From the NCBI RefSeq assembly GCF_018350175.1, contig NC_058368.1, positions 9,548,001 through 9,612,000 on the forward strand: 64,000 bases of DNA, read 5' to 3'. The translations under genes were made by a program, and so were the position numbers. Of the stretch, positions 39,919-52,221 are shown in pieces. This stretch comes from Felis catus (lineage: Eukaryota). Within the stretch, counting starts at the first letter, position 1; each line of letters opens with the position of its first letter. Below the pieces are notes generated by a model that saw only the letters and a program-made list of their open reading frames with translations, had not been told where the DNA came from and searched no databases.

Positions 39919-40130
39919 GCGGGGCGGTGGCCCAGCCCAGCCGGGGTGGGGCTGAGCGCTGTCAGCCGGGGCGGGCCCAACGGCGGGCCACCCAAGTCTC
40001 ACCTCCACTTCCCTTTCCCAGCGCAGAGCCCAGTTCCGCGACCACCCAAGAGCCCCCGCACCACAAAGACAGATTTTTTTTCTCGCCCGGTCCGCTCAAA
40101 GTTTATCGTTCTCTGCCAGCGGTCGGGGCC
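39919..40130 (-). other. KATNAL1: Candidate alternative first exon (1b) of KATNAL1
   Basis: Minus-strand donor GC|gtaagt at 39919/39918, downstream of two ACTACA/ZNF143 motifs. 5' end unknown. Confidence 0.45.
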
Positions 40131-40133
40131 GCC

Positions 40134-40145
40134 GGGCTTTGTAGT
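40134..40145 (-). promoter_or_regulatory. Second, oppositely oriented ACTACAnnnCCC motif
   Basis: Minus strand reads ACTACAAAGCCC. Confidence 0.55.
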
Positions 40146-40195
40146 TCGCCGGTCCAGGCCACCCCGCCGAGGCCGAGAGCCTGTGCAGCCGCTAA

Positions 40196-40214
40196 ACTAC
40201 AATGCCCATAATGC
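40196..40214 (+). promoter_or_regulatory. ZNF143 (SBS) motif with ACTACA extension (THAP11/HCFC1-associated)
   Basis: ACTACAATGCCCATAATGC matches the known ACTACAnnTCCCAnAATGC promoter motif. Confidence 0.75.
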
Positions 40215-40371
40215 CCCGCGAGCCTCGCGCGCCCACGGCCCTCCTCCTCCCCTCCCGGCGCCCCAGGACCGCGGCACTGCCCTGGCGGCGGGAGACCGGG
40301 TGGGGCTGTGCACCTGAACACCCCACCACCTGCCCTCTCCTGCCCGCGGCGCTCTCCCTCGGATTCATTAC

Positions 40372-40520
40372 CTAGGTGCCGCAGGTCGGCCGGCTGTGGG
40401 TGATGCGGTCCGGGTGGGGGTGGGGCACAGGCCGCCGCCGCAGCCGCCGCCGCGGAGTCCGTTAGTTCCCGACGTGCGTGAAGAGGCGGTGGCGGCGGCG
40501 TACGGTTGCCATGGCAGCCG
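40372..40520 (-). other. KATNAL1: Candidate non-coding first exon (1a) of KATNAL1
   Basis: Lies inside the CpG island with a minus-strand donor CTAG|gtaatg at 40372/40371 and GCC-rich 5'UTR-like sequence. 5' end unknown. Confidence 0.6.
40505..40518. promoter_or_regulatory. RFX X-box
   Basis: GTTGCCATGGCAGC, 13/14 match to the palindromic X-box GTTGCCATGGCAAC. Confidence 0.7.
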
Positions 40521-41235
40521 CGGACCGAGCGGTGGGGGGCGCGCGGGGACTCCAAGACAACTCGGGGGAGGAGCCTGGGAACCCCACCCGGGTGCGGGGG
40601 AAGGGAGGCGCCCGGGTGCTTCGGGGGAAGGAGGGAGACTGTGACATTGAGGAGGGCGAGTGACTAATGACTCGGTGGGGCCGGATGAGCCCTGCTGCGG
40701 CAGCGTCCAATCCCCTTGGCATGACGCGTGTCCTGTGCCGTCGGCGGAGCGCGTTGGTGCCCGCTCTATTCCGAGAGGGTGCCTGTGGCGTCAGAGGAAG
40801 GAGCGCCCCAGCGGCTCAGCGCCGGCTCTTTAAAGGTCGTCTGGTCCGGCCCCTCCCCCGCCGCCTCGCCGGGCATCGCCCGCCGCCTCTGCCGAGTGGC
40901 GGGGTGGGACCCCAAGCCGCCCTGGGGCTTTTCACCGGGAAAGTCGCAGTCTCTCACACCTTTCTGCCACTCTCTGAGGAGTGGGCTAGAAATGAATCCG
41001 TTAGTAAAAATGTAGTGCCTACAGCCTTTAGGCTCACTCGGGAGGTTTGAGAACTTGTACGTGGCAGTGATTTCAGCTAAATTTTTGATGTGTAGTATTT
41101 CTTAGGTAACCGTTTGCGGACTCGCCAGGACCCACCTGAGAGATGCAGTGCGGTAGAAACTGAGGTCAAGCGCATGGGCTTCCGAAACCCGCGTCTGGGT
41201 TCACGTCCTGCCCCTATACTTGGTAGCTGGTAACC

Positions 41236-41260
41236 GGGGGGGGGGGGGGGGGGGGGGGGG
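41236..41260. repeat. Poly-G tract (25 G)
   Basis: Direct read. Confidence 0.95.
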
Positions 41261-43124
41261 CAATTTATTTACCCCCTGTGATGCTGAAAGTTTTAATCTG
41301 CAAAATGCAGGTAATGGCCAGCTCCCAGTGCTTGTGAGAAATAAGAAGCATTAGTGCTGATGAAGCACCTTAAAACAAAGACTGGCATTTAACAGTAACT
41401 TTTAAATCTTAGTTATTCAACACTTCCTGATAAGAATCAGAAGAGTGGGTAGCCTGGAGGTGAGGGTGGGACTTTTTTTTTTTTTTTTTACAGGGGAGGA
41501 GGGGGGGAGAGGGGGGTGGGCAGCTACCGAAAGGGAGAGAGAGAATCTTGAGCAGGCGCCCGCTCAGTGCGTAGTCGGAGGTGGGGCTCCATCTCCTGAC
41601 CCGTGAGCCAAAATCGAGAGTCAGATGCTCAACAGACCGAATCGCCCAGGCTCCACTGAAGAGGGAATTTTCCGCGGTGATGGAGATGTGTATCATGCTT
41701 AGCGTTTGGGTTACAGAGGTCTGTGCATTTGTCAAAACTCATGGAATGGTGCCGGTAATGAAATGCGTGCATTTCACTGTGTGTGAATGTACCTCCAAAA
41801 AAGAACATAAGACTATTTTTTTAAGATCTGCCTTCGCAACTTTCAAATAGACAACACAGTGCCATTAACTGTAGTCCTGCTGTACGTTACATCCCCAGGA
41901 ATTATTTTATAACAAAATTCGTACTCGGTGACCCCCTTCACCCATTTTGCACCCCCGCCCCCACCTCTGGCAACCACCAATGTGTTCTCTGCCTCTGTAA
42001 GATTGTTATTAGAGCGGTAGACTCTAAGAGCGACCACAGAGATATTCTGCATCCAATCTCCAGATTTTGCAAATGAGGAAAATGAGACCTAGAGATTTAA
42101 GTAAATGGGGGAAATTACTGACCCTGTAGTTTTCTAGCAATAAACGTCTCTTGAGAAATGATGATTGAAAATAGCAAGCTACTGTGTATATCATCCAGTT
42201 CTCAGTCGGGGTCACCTTGTCCACAAAAATCTTGTTGAGATTGACTCAAGTCCCTTTTCCACCTCCTGTGGAAAGGCCAGTGTCTTCTCCGAGATTGTAC
42301 ATCCCCCGTGGGGGGCAGGGGAATTTACCATCACAGGGTCACTTCTGGCTCTGAGTTCTTGCTTCCTCTGAACACAGGGACTCTCTCACATCTCGCCTTC
42401 TGCAACTCTTTTCTCTCCTGCTGACCCAGTGTGGAAATCAAACACTTTTCTTTGGCTGTGTGTGTAGCAGGCTCCTCTGAAGGTTTGGAGCAACTAAAGG
42501 GTTTTTTGTTTTTTTTATTTTATTTATTTTTGAGACAGAGAGAGACAGTGCATGAATGGGGGAGGGTCAGAGAGAAGGAGACACAGAATCTGAAGCAGGC
42601 TCCAGGCTCTGAGCTGTCAGTACAGAGCCCGACGCGGGGCTTGAACTCACGGACCGCGAGATCATGACCTGAGCCGAAGTCGGCCGCTTAACCAACTGAG
42701 CCACCCAGGCGCCCCGCAACTAAAGGGTTTTAAATGAAGGATGTAAATAGCCTAAAGTTAGAAGTCCATGGTCTTGAAAGGGCTTCAGTATCACAATGGC
42801 ATTGGTGTCCACCAACCCCTCCCCCATCCTTTCTCAGCATAAGCTACAACTCCCCACTAATCAACATCTTCCTGGTCCCATCCCTCTCCCTTCCTCTTTT
42901 CTCTCTTTATACAGTACTTTTAGTTATCTCTTTCTCCTAATCTGTACCTTCTGGACCACGTTCCACTCCTAAACTGTTTATCAAAGTGTTTTCCTCCACA
43001 AAATATTTTCCCCAAGAGGAACTCTAGTGCCAGCTATTAAAAGCATATGTTGCAACACAGTATATATCTGCATATTCTACTTGATTCGGTCCACAGTATA
43101 CTCAGTAAATATGAAGCTTGTGCA

Positions 43125-44232
43125 GAAACAGAAGCAAAAATGAACTGTTGGGGCCTCAACACGATAAAAAGCTTCTGCACAGCGGAGGAAACAATCAGCG
43201 AAACTAAAAGGCAACCGACAGAATGGGAAAAGATATTTGCAAATGACATATCAGATAAAGGCTTAGTATCCAAAATCTATTAAAAAAAACTTACCAAACT
43301 CAACAACCAAAAAACACATAATCCAGTGAAGAAATGGGCAAGAGACATGAATAGACACTTTTCCAAAGAAGACATCCAGATGGCTAACAGACACATGAAA
43401 AGATGCTCAACGTCACTCATCATCAGAGAAATACAAATCAAAACCACAATGAGATACCACCTCACACCTGTGAGAATGCCTAAAATTAACAATTCAGGCA
43501 ACAACAGATGTTGGCGAGGGTGCGGCGGAAGAGGAACCCTCTTGCACTGCTGGTGGGAATGCAAACTGGTGCAGCCACTCTGAAAAACAGGATAGAGGTT
43601 CTTCAAAAAAATTAAAAATAGAATTACCCTACGACCCAGCAATTGCCCTCCTAGGTATTTATCCGAAGGATACAGGAGTGCTGATTCAAAGGGGCACGTA
43701 CCCCAATGTCGATAGCAGCACTATGGACGATAGCCAAAGTATGGAAAGAGCCCAAATGTCCATCAACTCATGAATGCGTAAAGAAGATATGATATATAAT
43801 ATATACAATGAAATATTACTCGGTGATCAAAAAGAATGAAATCTTGCCATTTGCAACAACATGGCTGGAGCTAGAGTGTATTATGCTAAGCGAAATAAGT
43901 CAGAGAAAGACAAATATATGATTTCATTCATATGTGGAATTTAAGAAACAAAACAGATGAACATAGGGGAAGGGAAGCAAAAATAAGATAAAAACAGAGA
44001 GGGAGACAAATCATAAGAGACCCTTAAATACAGAGAACAAACTGAGGGTTGCTAGAAGGGTGTTGGGTGGGGGCAGATGGGCTGAATGGGCGATGGGCAT
44101 TAAGAATGGCACTTGCTGGGATGAGCACTGGGTGTCATATGTAGGTGATGAATTACCAAATTCTATTCCTGAAGTCATTATTACACTATATGTTAACTAA
44201 CTTGAATTTACATTTAAAAAAAAAAAAAAAAA
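43125..44232 (+). mobile_element. 5'-truncated carnivore L1 (ORF2 C-terminus, 3'UTR, poly(A))
   Basis: KRQPTEWEKIFANDISDKGLVSKIY and [32 protein letters not shown] tail at about 44215-44232. Confidence 0.93.
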
Positions 44233-46199
44233 GGCTTATACACATGACCTGTCCAGGCTACCTGCATAGTGGGCTCAATTATGAGAACTACTTAGTATAA
44301 ATGAGGAAGCAATTGATCGTGGCTGGGATTTGCTGTCTGAAAGAAAGAAATTCAGGTCTCCATGATCGTAGCTTACATTATGCAGAAGAAATGATAGCAT
44401 TCACGCAGTAAAACCCAGAACAAAATCTGAGTTAATACTTGATAGCAATGACATCCTTGTAGAAGCAACACCTGGACTTGTCACCTCTAGCAATTTGATC
44501 ACAACTCTGCATATATAATGAGCATATAAATAGAGTCTCCTTTACTCCCGGAGAAGATAATACTGATCTGCTATCGGCAGAACACATGTTTTTGTAGTAG
44601 GGATGATAGGCTCACTTGACCCATCTGGCCCTCATCTGGTTTCCCTTGTGACCAGTCACTTGCATTTACAAGGCAGCTGGCCAGGGTTGTAGTGCAATCT
44701 ACAGCCATGAAGAAGTCTGCAAATGCAAGGTCCCAATGCATAACCCTCCTTGTTTGGGAGAAGTCGGGACCCCAGAGAAACAGCTCAGCGGGACAAGCCA
44801 CTTAAGGAGAATGATGACAGCAGTGAAACGCAACAGCTGCCTTAAAGTGAAACTGAAGGAGGGTGGTCACACCAAGGAAGACCATGGGCAACTGAAGCAT
44901 GGCCTTAGGAAACCTAGCGTGGCTATGGAGCCGGCAAGGAGTGAGGACTGACAAAAATGGTTTATTGTTTTCACTGGAGACTTTGGATCATTTCAGGTAA
45001 TAAACACACTGTGCAAATCTGCAAGTAATAACGGGTTAATCTACAGACAATATGGTCCTGAGCCTCAGTAAAGACACTTAGCACATCTGGGGCAGCTGGG
45101 TGGCTCAGTCGGTTGAGCGTTGAACTCTTGATTTCAGCTCAGGTGGATGATCCCAGCCAGGGTTGTGGGGACTAATCTTCCATTGGGCCCTCGCTAAGCA
45201 CGGAGCCTGCTTAAGATTCTCTCTCTCTTCGTCTCAGCCCCTCTCCCCCACTAGCATGCTCTCTCTCTTTAAAAGATAAAGACTTTAAAAAAAATTTTTT
45301 AAGTAAATTGAAAAAAAAAAAAACAAACCCGGAGACTTAGCACATCTGGTTCAAAGTCAGGCATTTTCCCTCAGTTCTCAGTCTTGGCTGCTATAGCATT
45401 TGACTTTGCCGGCCACCTTCCTTAGTGGTTCATGACCTTGGTTCTCCTGAAAGCATACTTCAGTGTGCTCACCAGCTCTTCCCCCTGCTCCTTCATTGTG
45501 GCAATAGTTCCCAACATCAAATCCTACACCCTCTCCATTTATAGGGTTTCGTCTCTCAGTTCTGGTTGACGCACAGATTTCCCTGACTAGTTCTGATCCC
45601 CAAGCTCCACTCCTGCCCCAAGTTTGCTGGGTCCTTCCTCACCTCGTTCTGTCTAATGTTCTCTTCACCTGGGATGCTATCCCCCTCCCCTTTGTCTTTT
45701 CTCCTTACTAGATCTCAAGCTCCTCTGATGAACACTTATGGGTATTTCCAATACGTCTTTATAATACCTTTTATATAAGGGCACAGTATTTTTGACTGAT
45801 GGCTGGCTCCTTAACTTTTCTCCTGGGTTAACCCTGCTCTGTGTGGCTCTCCCCCTCTAGTGCTATAGAGGACATTTACAGCCTCCTCATATAAATATCC
45901 CTGAAGCCTATAGAAAATCATGGGCCCCCATATGTATTCGGTGCGAGGGTGCCTCACGAGGAAGTTCCTCCAAGTGACTTTTGGTAGGGAAGGAGTTCAG
46001 GAGGTAAGTGGTGCTGAATTCTGACGCTCAAACTCACTACTAGGACCTAGAGCAAAGTTTAGCAGCTCATGAGATCAAGGTAATGCATCCCGTCCAGCTT
46101 TTTAATGCTTAAAATGTGAGAGGGTAAGATACAGTAGGGGAAGGTAGAATCAAACAGAAGCAATAGGAAATGAAATGCAGGGCATGTACGTGTAGCCCT

Positions 46200-46800
46200 G
46201 GTCAAGTACTATATGGCAGTCAGTGGGCTTCAAACCTACCCTCTCTCCACTGTTCCATGCTGGGGGAGCTGGAACCCCACAACCCACATTTCTCCCTTGT
46301 CTCTGGCTCGTGGGTGCACTCGTAGAAGAGCACAAGGCTGGAAGACGAGGAAGCCACTGCTCAGCATCACCCAAGCAGTGGCCCTTCCTTCCTGTCAGCA
46401 TCACCCAAGCAGTGGCCCTTTGGCCTGGTGGCCAGACCTTGTCTCCACCTTCTAGCTGCACTTCCAGAACCAGCCCCCTGGCGCCTCCTCTCCCTCCACC
46501 CCAGACTTAGCAGCAGGAACCAGGCAGTGCCTTTCTTCAGAGGTCTGGGTCCCACCTCCGGGTTCCTTCCCGTGGCTGCTGGGTTCTGAGGACCCCGCCC
46601 TCCTCTCCTCTCTCTGATCTCTGGCCCCAGAGGCACTAGCGGCTTTTTGCAGTTACTACTTACGTGGTGACTCCAGTGTTCCTTTTAAATTTTTTCAGCC
46701 CTCCAACACCTATTTCATCAATTCCCTATGCGAAGTTCTCTCCGTGGAAATACTTCCTTTGGCTTCCTTTTGCCTGACGGCTGGACGCTGACAAATACGG
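46200..46800 (+). mobile_element. ERVL-class solo LTR (LTR33/LTR41-like)
   Basis: Characteristic 3' end ttccttttgcctgacggctggacgctgacaaatac and internal gctggaaccccacaacccacatttc; family call from memory. Confidence 0.55.
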
Positions 46801-48933
46801 ATTGTGAAGTGAAATATATCTCCTGTGAACGTCGATCCAGAGGGTTTAAGAAACACTATCTCAGAGGAGTGGGAGAGTTCTTCACCAAACAGATGCCCTA
46901 CGCGCCAAGGGTCCAGTCCTTCCACAGACGGGTGCTCCGCGTCTCAGGTCTGTGAAGAGCAGAGACCCAATTCTGCCACAGCAACTGTCACCGTTGGACC
47001 CTAGGCCTAGCGTGGCCTTAAGAATCACTGGCGATGAGCTTACAGTTGCCTACCACGGTTTGGCTGGAACCCCAAGCTTCATGTGGACTCTGACCTCTCT
47101 CGGATATGTAGAAATGCAGCTTTATTTTTAATTTTTGGTAATGTTTATTTTTGAGAGAGAGAGAGAAAGAGACAGAGTGTGAGTGGGAGAGGGGCAGAGA
47201 GAGAAGGAGACACAGAACCTGAAGCAGGCTCCAGGCTCCCAGCTGTCAGCAGAGAGCCCCATGCAGGGCTCGAACCCCCGAGCTGTGAGATCATGACCCG
47301 AGCCAAAGTCGGAGGCTTAACCAACTGACCCACCCAGGCGCCCCGAAACGGAGCTTTTTAACTTGCTACCCTTAGCAAGTGGGGGGGGGGGAACAAGAGT
47401 TAATGATGAAAAAGCAAGAAAGGGGTACCACAGACCTCACCAAGTGGGACCTGGTGAGGCCAAGAGAAGGATGAAAAAGACAGATTTTCAGGGTGGATTT
47501 TTTCTCTCTGATGCTGCCCTTTCTCACAGGTCACATGAGGAGGTAATAGACAAGAGAAGGAAACGAAGAAACTTATACCTATGTTTCTGCCATATCCAGC
47601 CCAAATGGGGCTTTTGCTCTATTTTATTCATGAGCTGACTATACTTCTGCTTCAGTGCTGCCACTAGCAGTAAGACCAGAGCTATTAGGCCAGCCTCACT
47701 TAATCACCCATTCTTAATGAAAAGAACTGCTCCACATTTGGGGAATTCAAAACATTTCTTATGTATGCCAAAATAAACACAGAACCTCTTGGCAGTCGCC
47801 TGTGGGGATTCTCCTTGCTTATGATTTAGTATTTCCTTATGCTAATTTAGAAATAGGAACAGGAAACCCAGGACTCGAGGCTGTTAAGCGGATTGGTAAC
47901 ACTTGGGAGTGTTGCGGGTACGTAACTCAATGAATGAATGTCGAGTCCTCCGTGATAGCTGGAGTAATAGTATTTTCATTGAGCACCGCAGTAAGTCATT
48001 GCCTCCACCCGGCGAGATGCTAATACATTAGCACCTAACTGCGCGAGGACCTTACATTTAGTAGAGGAATCCATCACCGGACGTGAATTACTCGGGCAAA
48101 TGTTGGCAAGTTACCTCGCTGGTGACGGGCAGAACATTTTCTGGCGAGCCGAAAAGCATGTTCCAAGGTAGCTGGCATGTCATAGAGGGAGAGCAGCTTG
48201 TGATCAGGTTTTCTATTTGGAGAAGGCAGTGCTGTGCCAAGCAACCCCAACCACAACACATTTAAAGTCTGAATGGGAAAAGGAGCGGTACATCTGGGAT
48301 CCTATTTCCCCTTCCAAGAAGATACAAGTCACTCTAGACGGCTTCTCCTGGTTCCAGAGTCCTTTTCCTGCCTGGTGTTGTTGTTTTTTTTTTTTTCCTT
48401 CTGTGTCCTGTTTTACTTCAACTGTAGGGGATGGAGAGTGATGGGCTTGGGAGGCAAATTCTATTTCCTCTCTTTCCGCTTGTTTTTCTGCTCCATTTTA
48501 GGTCTTCCTCGTGATTTATGTGCATAAATGATGGCTTACATGAATCATTCCTAAACGGTTAACTACGCAAGCAAACTGTTCATCATCCAGTTCTCCGTGA
48601 TAGCCTCTCCTTATGTTCACCAGGCTGCCTCACTCCTTTCTCAAATCCCACCGCAGATTTTGCGTTTCCGAAAAGCCCTCTCTGACAGCTACAATGAAGA
48701 CTTCTAACAGCCCTTATTCGACCTCACCTCTGTCCCTTTTCCCCAGCTCACCAGTTAGCTGTTCTCACTATCTGACGGTGCAGTCACAGGAAAATAAAGT
48801 AGGGACAGCAGACACATAAGTTTTGTACTGTTTCTTCCCTCTTGATCTGTGTCTGGATTTATGCCTTCCTGACAAATAAGCAGGTCGTTGTGTTTAAACA
48901 TTACAACCTAAGTGAGAATTATAGAGAATTATA

Positions 48934-49290
48934 TAGTCATACCTTGGAGATATTGTGGGTTTAGTTCCAGAACACCACAATAAAACGAGTATCACAGTAA
49001 AGCAAGTCAAATTAAATTTTTGCTTCCCCGTGCATATAAAAGTTATATGTATACTATAATCTTTTAACTGTGCGATAGCATTGTATCTAAAAAAAAAACC
49101 AACAACAATGTACATACCTTAATTCAAAGATCCTTTATTACTAAAAGATGAGTTTTCAGCAAGTCTTAATCTTTTTGCTGGCAGAGGGTCTTGCCTCAAG
49201 GTTGAGGGCTGCTGACTGATCAGGGTGCTGGTTGCTGACGGTCGGGGTGGCTGTGGCAATCTCCCAAAATGAGACAACAGTGAGGTTTAC
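48934..49290 (-). mobile_element. Tigger1-type TcMar DNA transposon 3' fragment
   Basis: TA followed by (t)agtcataccttggagatattgtgggtttagttccagaacaccacaataaa matches the Tigger1 terminal sequence, then gctgctgactgatcagggtg...ggggtggctgtggcaat. Confidence 0.85.
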
Positions 49291-49399
49291 CTATGTTTAT
49301 ACGTGGAGGGTTCGTTCAATCATTTTAATTGCTGCAGTCATAGAAGACAGTTCATCCCTTTCCCACTGATGGACATTTCGTTTCTTTCCAACCTTCACG

Positions 49400-51290
49400 T
49401 CCAGGTACGTCCGGGCTGCTGTAACAAAAATACCATAGGCCAGATGGCTCATAAACAACAGAAATTCATTTCTTCCATTTCTGGAGGCTGAGCAGTTCCA
49501 GGTCAAGTCACCAGCAGATTCAGTGTCTGGTAAGAGCTGGCTTCCTAGTCATTGACTGTGGTCTTCTTGCTGTGTCCCCATGTGGCAGAAGGGGACAGGG
49601 AGATCTCTGCGGTCTTCATGAGGACACCAGGCCCACTCATGAGAGCTCCACCCTCCTTACCTAATCACCTTCCAGAAGCCCCACCTCCAAATACCATCAC
49701 TTTGGGGGTTGGGGTTTCAACATACGAATTTAGAGACGACACAAGCATTTGGTCTGCAACATTCTACCCTTGGCCCCCCCAAGTCCGTGTCTGTCTCACA
49801 TGTCATCAACCCTAAACTCCAAAATCTCATCTAAATATCATCTAAATCAGGGGTGCCTGGCTGACTCACTTGGCAGAGTGTGCAACTCTTGATCTCGGGG
49901 TCATGAGTTTGAGCCCCATGTTAGGCATGGAGCCTACTTAAAATTTTTAGAAAAAAGTAATCATAAATAAATATTAATAAGTAAATACCATCCCAACCAA
50001 TTATGGGTGAGACTCGAGATTCATCCTGAGGCCAATTCCTCTCCAGCTATTGGCCCGCAAAACCGAACATACCCTGTGCTTCCCAAACATGAACTGGTGG
50101 GACAGGCCCCGGACAGACTTTCCCGTTCCAAAAGGAAGAAACAGGAAAGAAGAAAGGAGGGAGGTCCAGAGTAAGTCCAAAACCCAGTGAGGCAAATTCT
50201 ATTAGACCTTGAGACTAAAGAACAATCTACTTTGGCTTGATGCTCTACCCTTCACGTACACTGGGGTAGTGGTCCTGGCCTCCCAGCTTTTTTGGGCAGA
50301 AAATGGCTCCCAAAGCTTCCAACGGCTCTGCCCCCATGGCTTTGGATGGCCTCACCTGCCATGACTCCCCTGGGCACCACTCTTATGGCTCCAGGGTCCT
50401 ATCCTTTGAAATATGGGTGAAGGCAGCCATGTCCCCAGCGATTGTACACACTGGAGGCAGTAGAGATACTACTCTCCCTTTCGGGGCATGCAGGTGGCGG
50501 GGGGGGGGGGTTGCGTGGGGGAGCAACCATTTAGCCCACACTGCACCTGGGCCCACTGGCTGCTTACCTGAGGCAGCCGGCTGAGGAGCACGGTTGGGGA
50601 GCGCAGTGGCCATCACACGGCGTGAAGTGAGGCAGTGCCCAGCAGCCCACACCGAGCTCCTGAAAGTTCCAGCAACCCCTCTTTTGAAACTGCCCCTCCC
50701 TGCCCTCCTCTGGGCCTGTGTGGGAATGGTAGGCCTGAGGATTCTGAATCACCTTGGTCATTCCCACAGCGTCTTGGAGAAAAGCACCTGGCTTCTGCCA
50801 ACATGGCGGATCTCCTTATCCAATGGTCACTTTGCGGCGCCTTACCGTTCTCTCGCAAACAGGCTTTCTCCTTCTTTTCGACAGGAACAGATGGAGAATT
50901 ACCCAAATATTTAAGTTCTGATTGCTTTTTTTATTAACAGTTCCATCTTTAAGTCATTTCTCTCTTGAATTTTACTGTGAGCCGTCAGGAAGAACCAGTC
51001 TGCTTCTGCAACACTTTGCTTAGAAACTGCTTCAGTCATGGGGCGTCTGGGTGGCTCGGTCTGTTACGCCTCCAACTCTTGCTTTCGGCTCAGGTCATGA
51101 TCTCGTGGTTTGTGAGTTCGAGTCCCACATCAGACTCTCCGCGCTGATAGTGCAGGCCCTGCTTGGGATTCTTTCTCTCCCCTCTCTCTCTGCCCCTCCC
51201 CTGCTCGTGTGCCCCCGCCCCCCAAAAGAAACAAACTTAAAAAAAGAAAGAAAGAAACTGCTTCAGCTATATATCCAATTTCATTCCTAG
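49400..51290 (-). mobile_element. MaLR element: MLT1A-type LTR (about 49400-49760) plus internal sequence, with two SINE insertions
   Basis: LTR motifs gggctgctgtaacaaaaatacc...cctaatcaccttccagaagccccacctccaaataccatcac, followed by MLT-int-like sequence. Confidence 0.8.
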
Positions 51291-51639
51291 AGTGAAAGGA
51301 TTTCAATCTTAAATGGAACCAGAAGATATGAAATGCGGAATCTCAAGAATGTACCCTCTGAAGAATGGAACTTAAGAGCCAAGAGACTGATTTCCATTAA
51401 ATGCCCGATTTACCCAAGACCAAGACTCACTGCCTCACCAATGAACATCCAACAAGAATCTCTCCCCTTTCTCAAGCCAGTAAACTTACTGCTCGGACTC
51501 TGGCTCAACCTCCCCTTCATTGCACTCCTTGGCCATAAATATTTAAATATTCTCCCTCGATGCTGACTGGACCAGCCTAGAGCTTGCATTGCCCAAGTTG
51601 TATCCCTCTGCTATTCCCAACTCAGTTTTAGGTCAAGAC

Positions 51640-52190
51640 AACACACCTCTCCGTGGGTCAGGAATCCAGGCACGGTTCATCTGGGTCCTCTACTTCAGAG
51701 TGTCTCATGAGGCTTCAATCAAGGTGTTGGCCAGGGCTGGGGTCTCTTCTGGGAAGGGCTCTCTTGGCTGGGAAAAACCCACTTCCAAGCTCACTTGGTT
51801 GTTGGCAGGATTCAGCTCTTTGCAAGCAGTTGGACTGAGAGCCTTAATTCCTTGCTGGCTGTCGGCCACAGGCTACCTTCAGTTGTCTGCTATCCGAGCC
51901 TTTTCACAGGACAGCTCATAACATACCGACTTGCTTTGTCAAAACCAGCAGAGGTGAGACTTTGAAAGCAAGACTTGACGGTCAGAATCTTCAGTACTAT
52001 CTCTTCATGGATAATAATATTCATGGATAGTATTCTTGAATATTAACCTACTCATCTTGCGTATTCTATTGGTTAGAAGCAAGTCACAGGTCCCACCCCA
52101 TAATCAAGGGGAGGGATTACCCAGACATGTGAATGTCAGGAGGTAGGGATTATCATGGGCCATCTTAGAGCTCATCCGTCGTAGGCAGGC
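51640..52190 (-). mobile_element. MaLR LTR (MLT1E/F-like)
   Basis: gtgggtcaggaatccaggcacgg...cttccaagctcac...ttggttagaagcaagtcacaggtcccaccc...gggccatcttagag. Confidence 0.75.
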
Positions 52191-52221
52191 ATAATAGTTA
52201 AGAATATTGGTTAGCCTGTCA

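Larger units (their letters stand above)
1..40520 (-). other. KATNAL1: KATNAL1 gene, 5' portion (promoter, exon 1, intron 1, coding exons 2 and 3, part of intron 3); continues beyond the left edge
   Basis: Two canonical coding exons encode the recognisable KATNAL1 N-terminus, with a CpG island upstream. I could not find a further coding exon in 1-17886. The TSS is approximate. Confidence 0.93.
39820..41200. promoter_or_regulatory. CpG island / KATNAL1 promoter
   Basis: Sharp rise in GC and CpG content against AT-rich flanks, GC boxes, and position 5' of the KATNAL1 coding exons. Confidence 0.92.
41473..47344. mobile_element. CanSINEs 41473-41655(-), 42501-42715(-), 45089-45325(+), 47120-47344(-)
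   Basis: SINEC motifs; TSDs gcaactaaagggttttt and agacttagcacatctgg-like. Confidence 0.87.

Noticed and set aside
39685..41050. 210-aa, 150-aa and 127-aa ORFs in the CpG island
   Set aside because: Expected by chance in GC-rich DNA; Pro/Arg/Gly-rich with no recognisable homology.
47871..47948. 8-bp inverted repeat ggactcga/tcgagtcc and a small hairpin near 48018
   Set aside because: Too short to exceed chance in 64 kb; no supporting ncRNA features.
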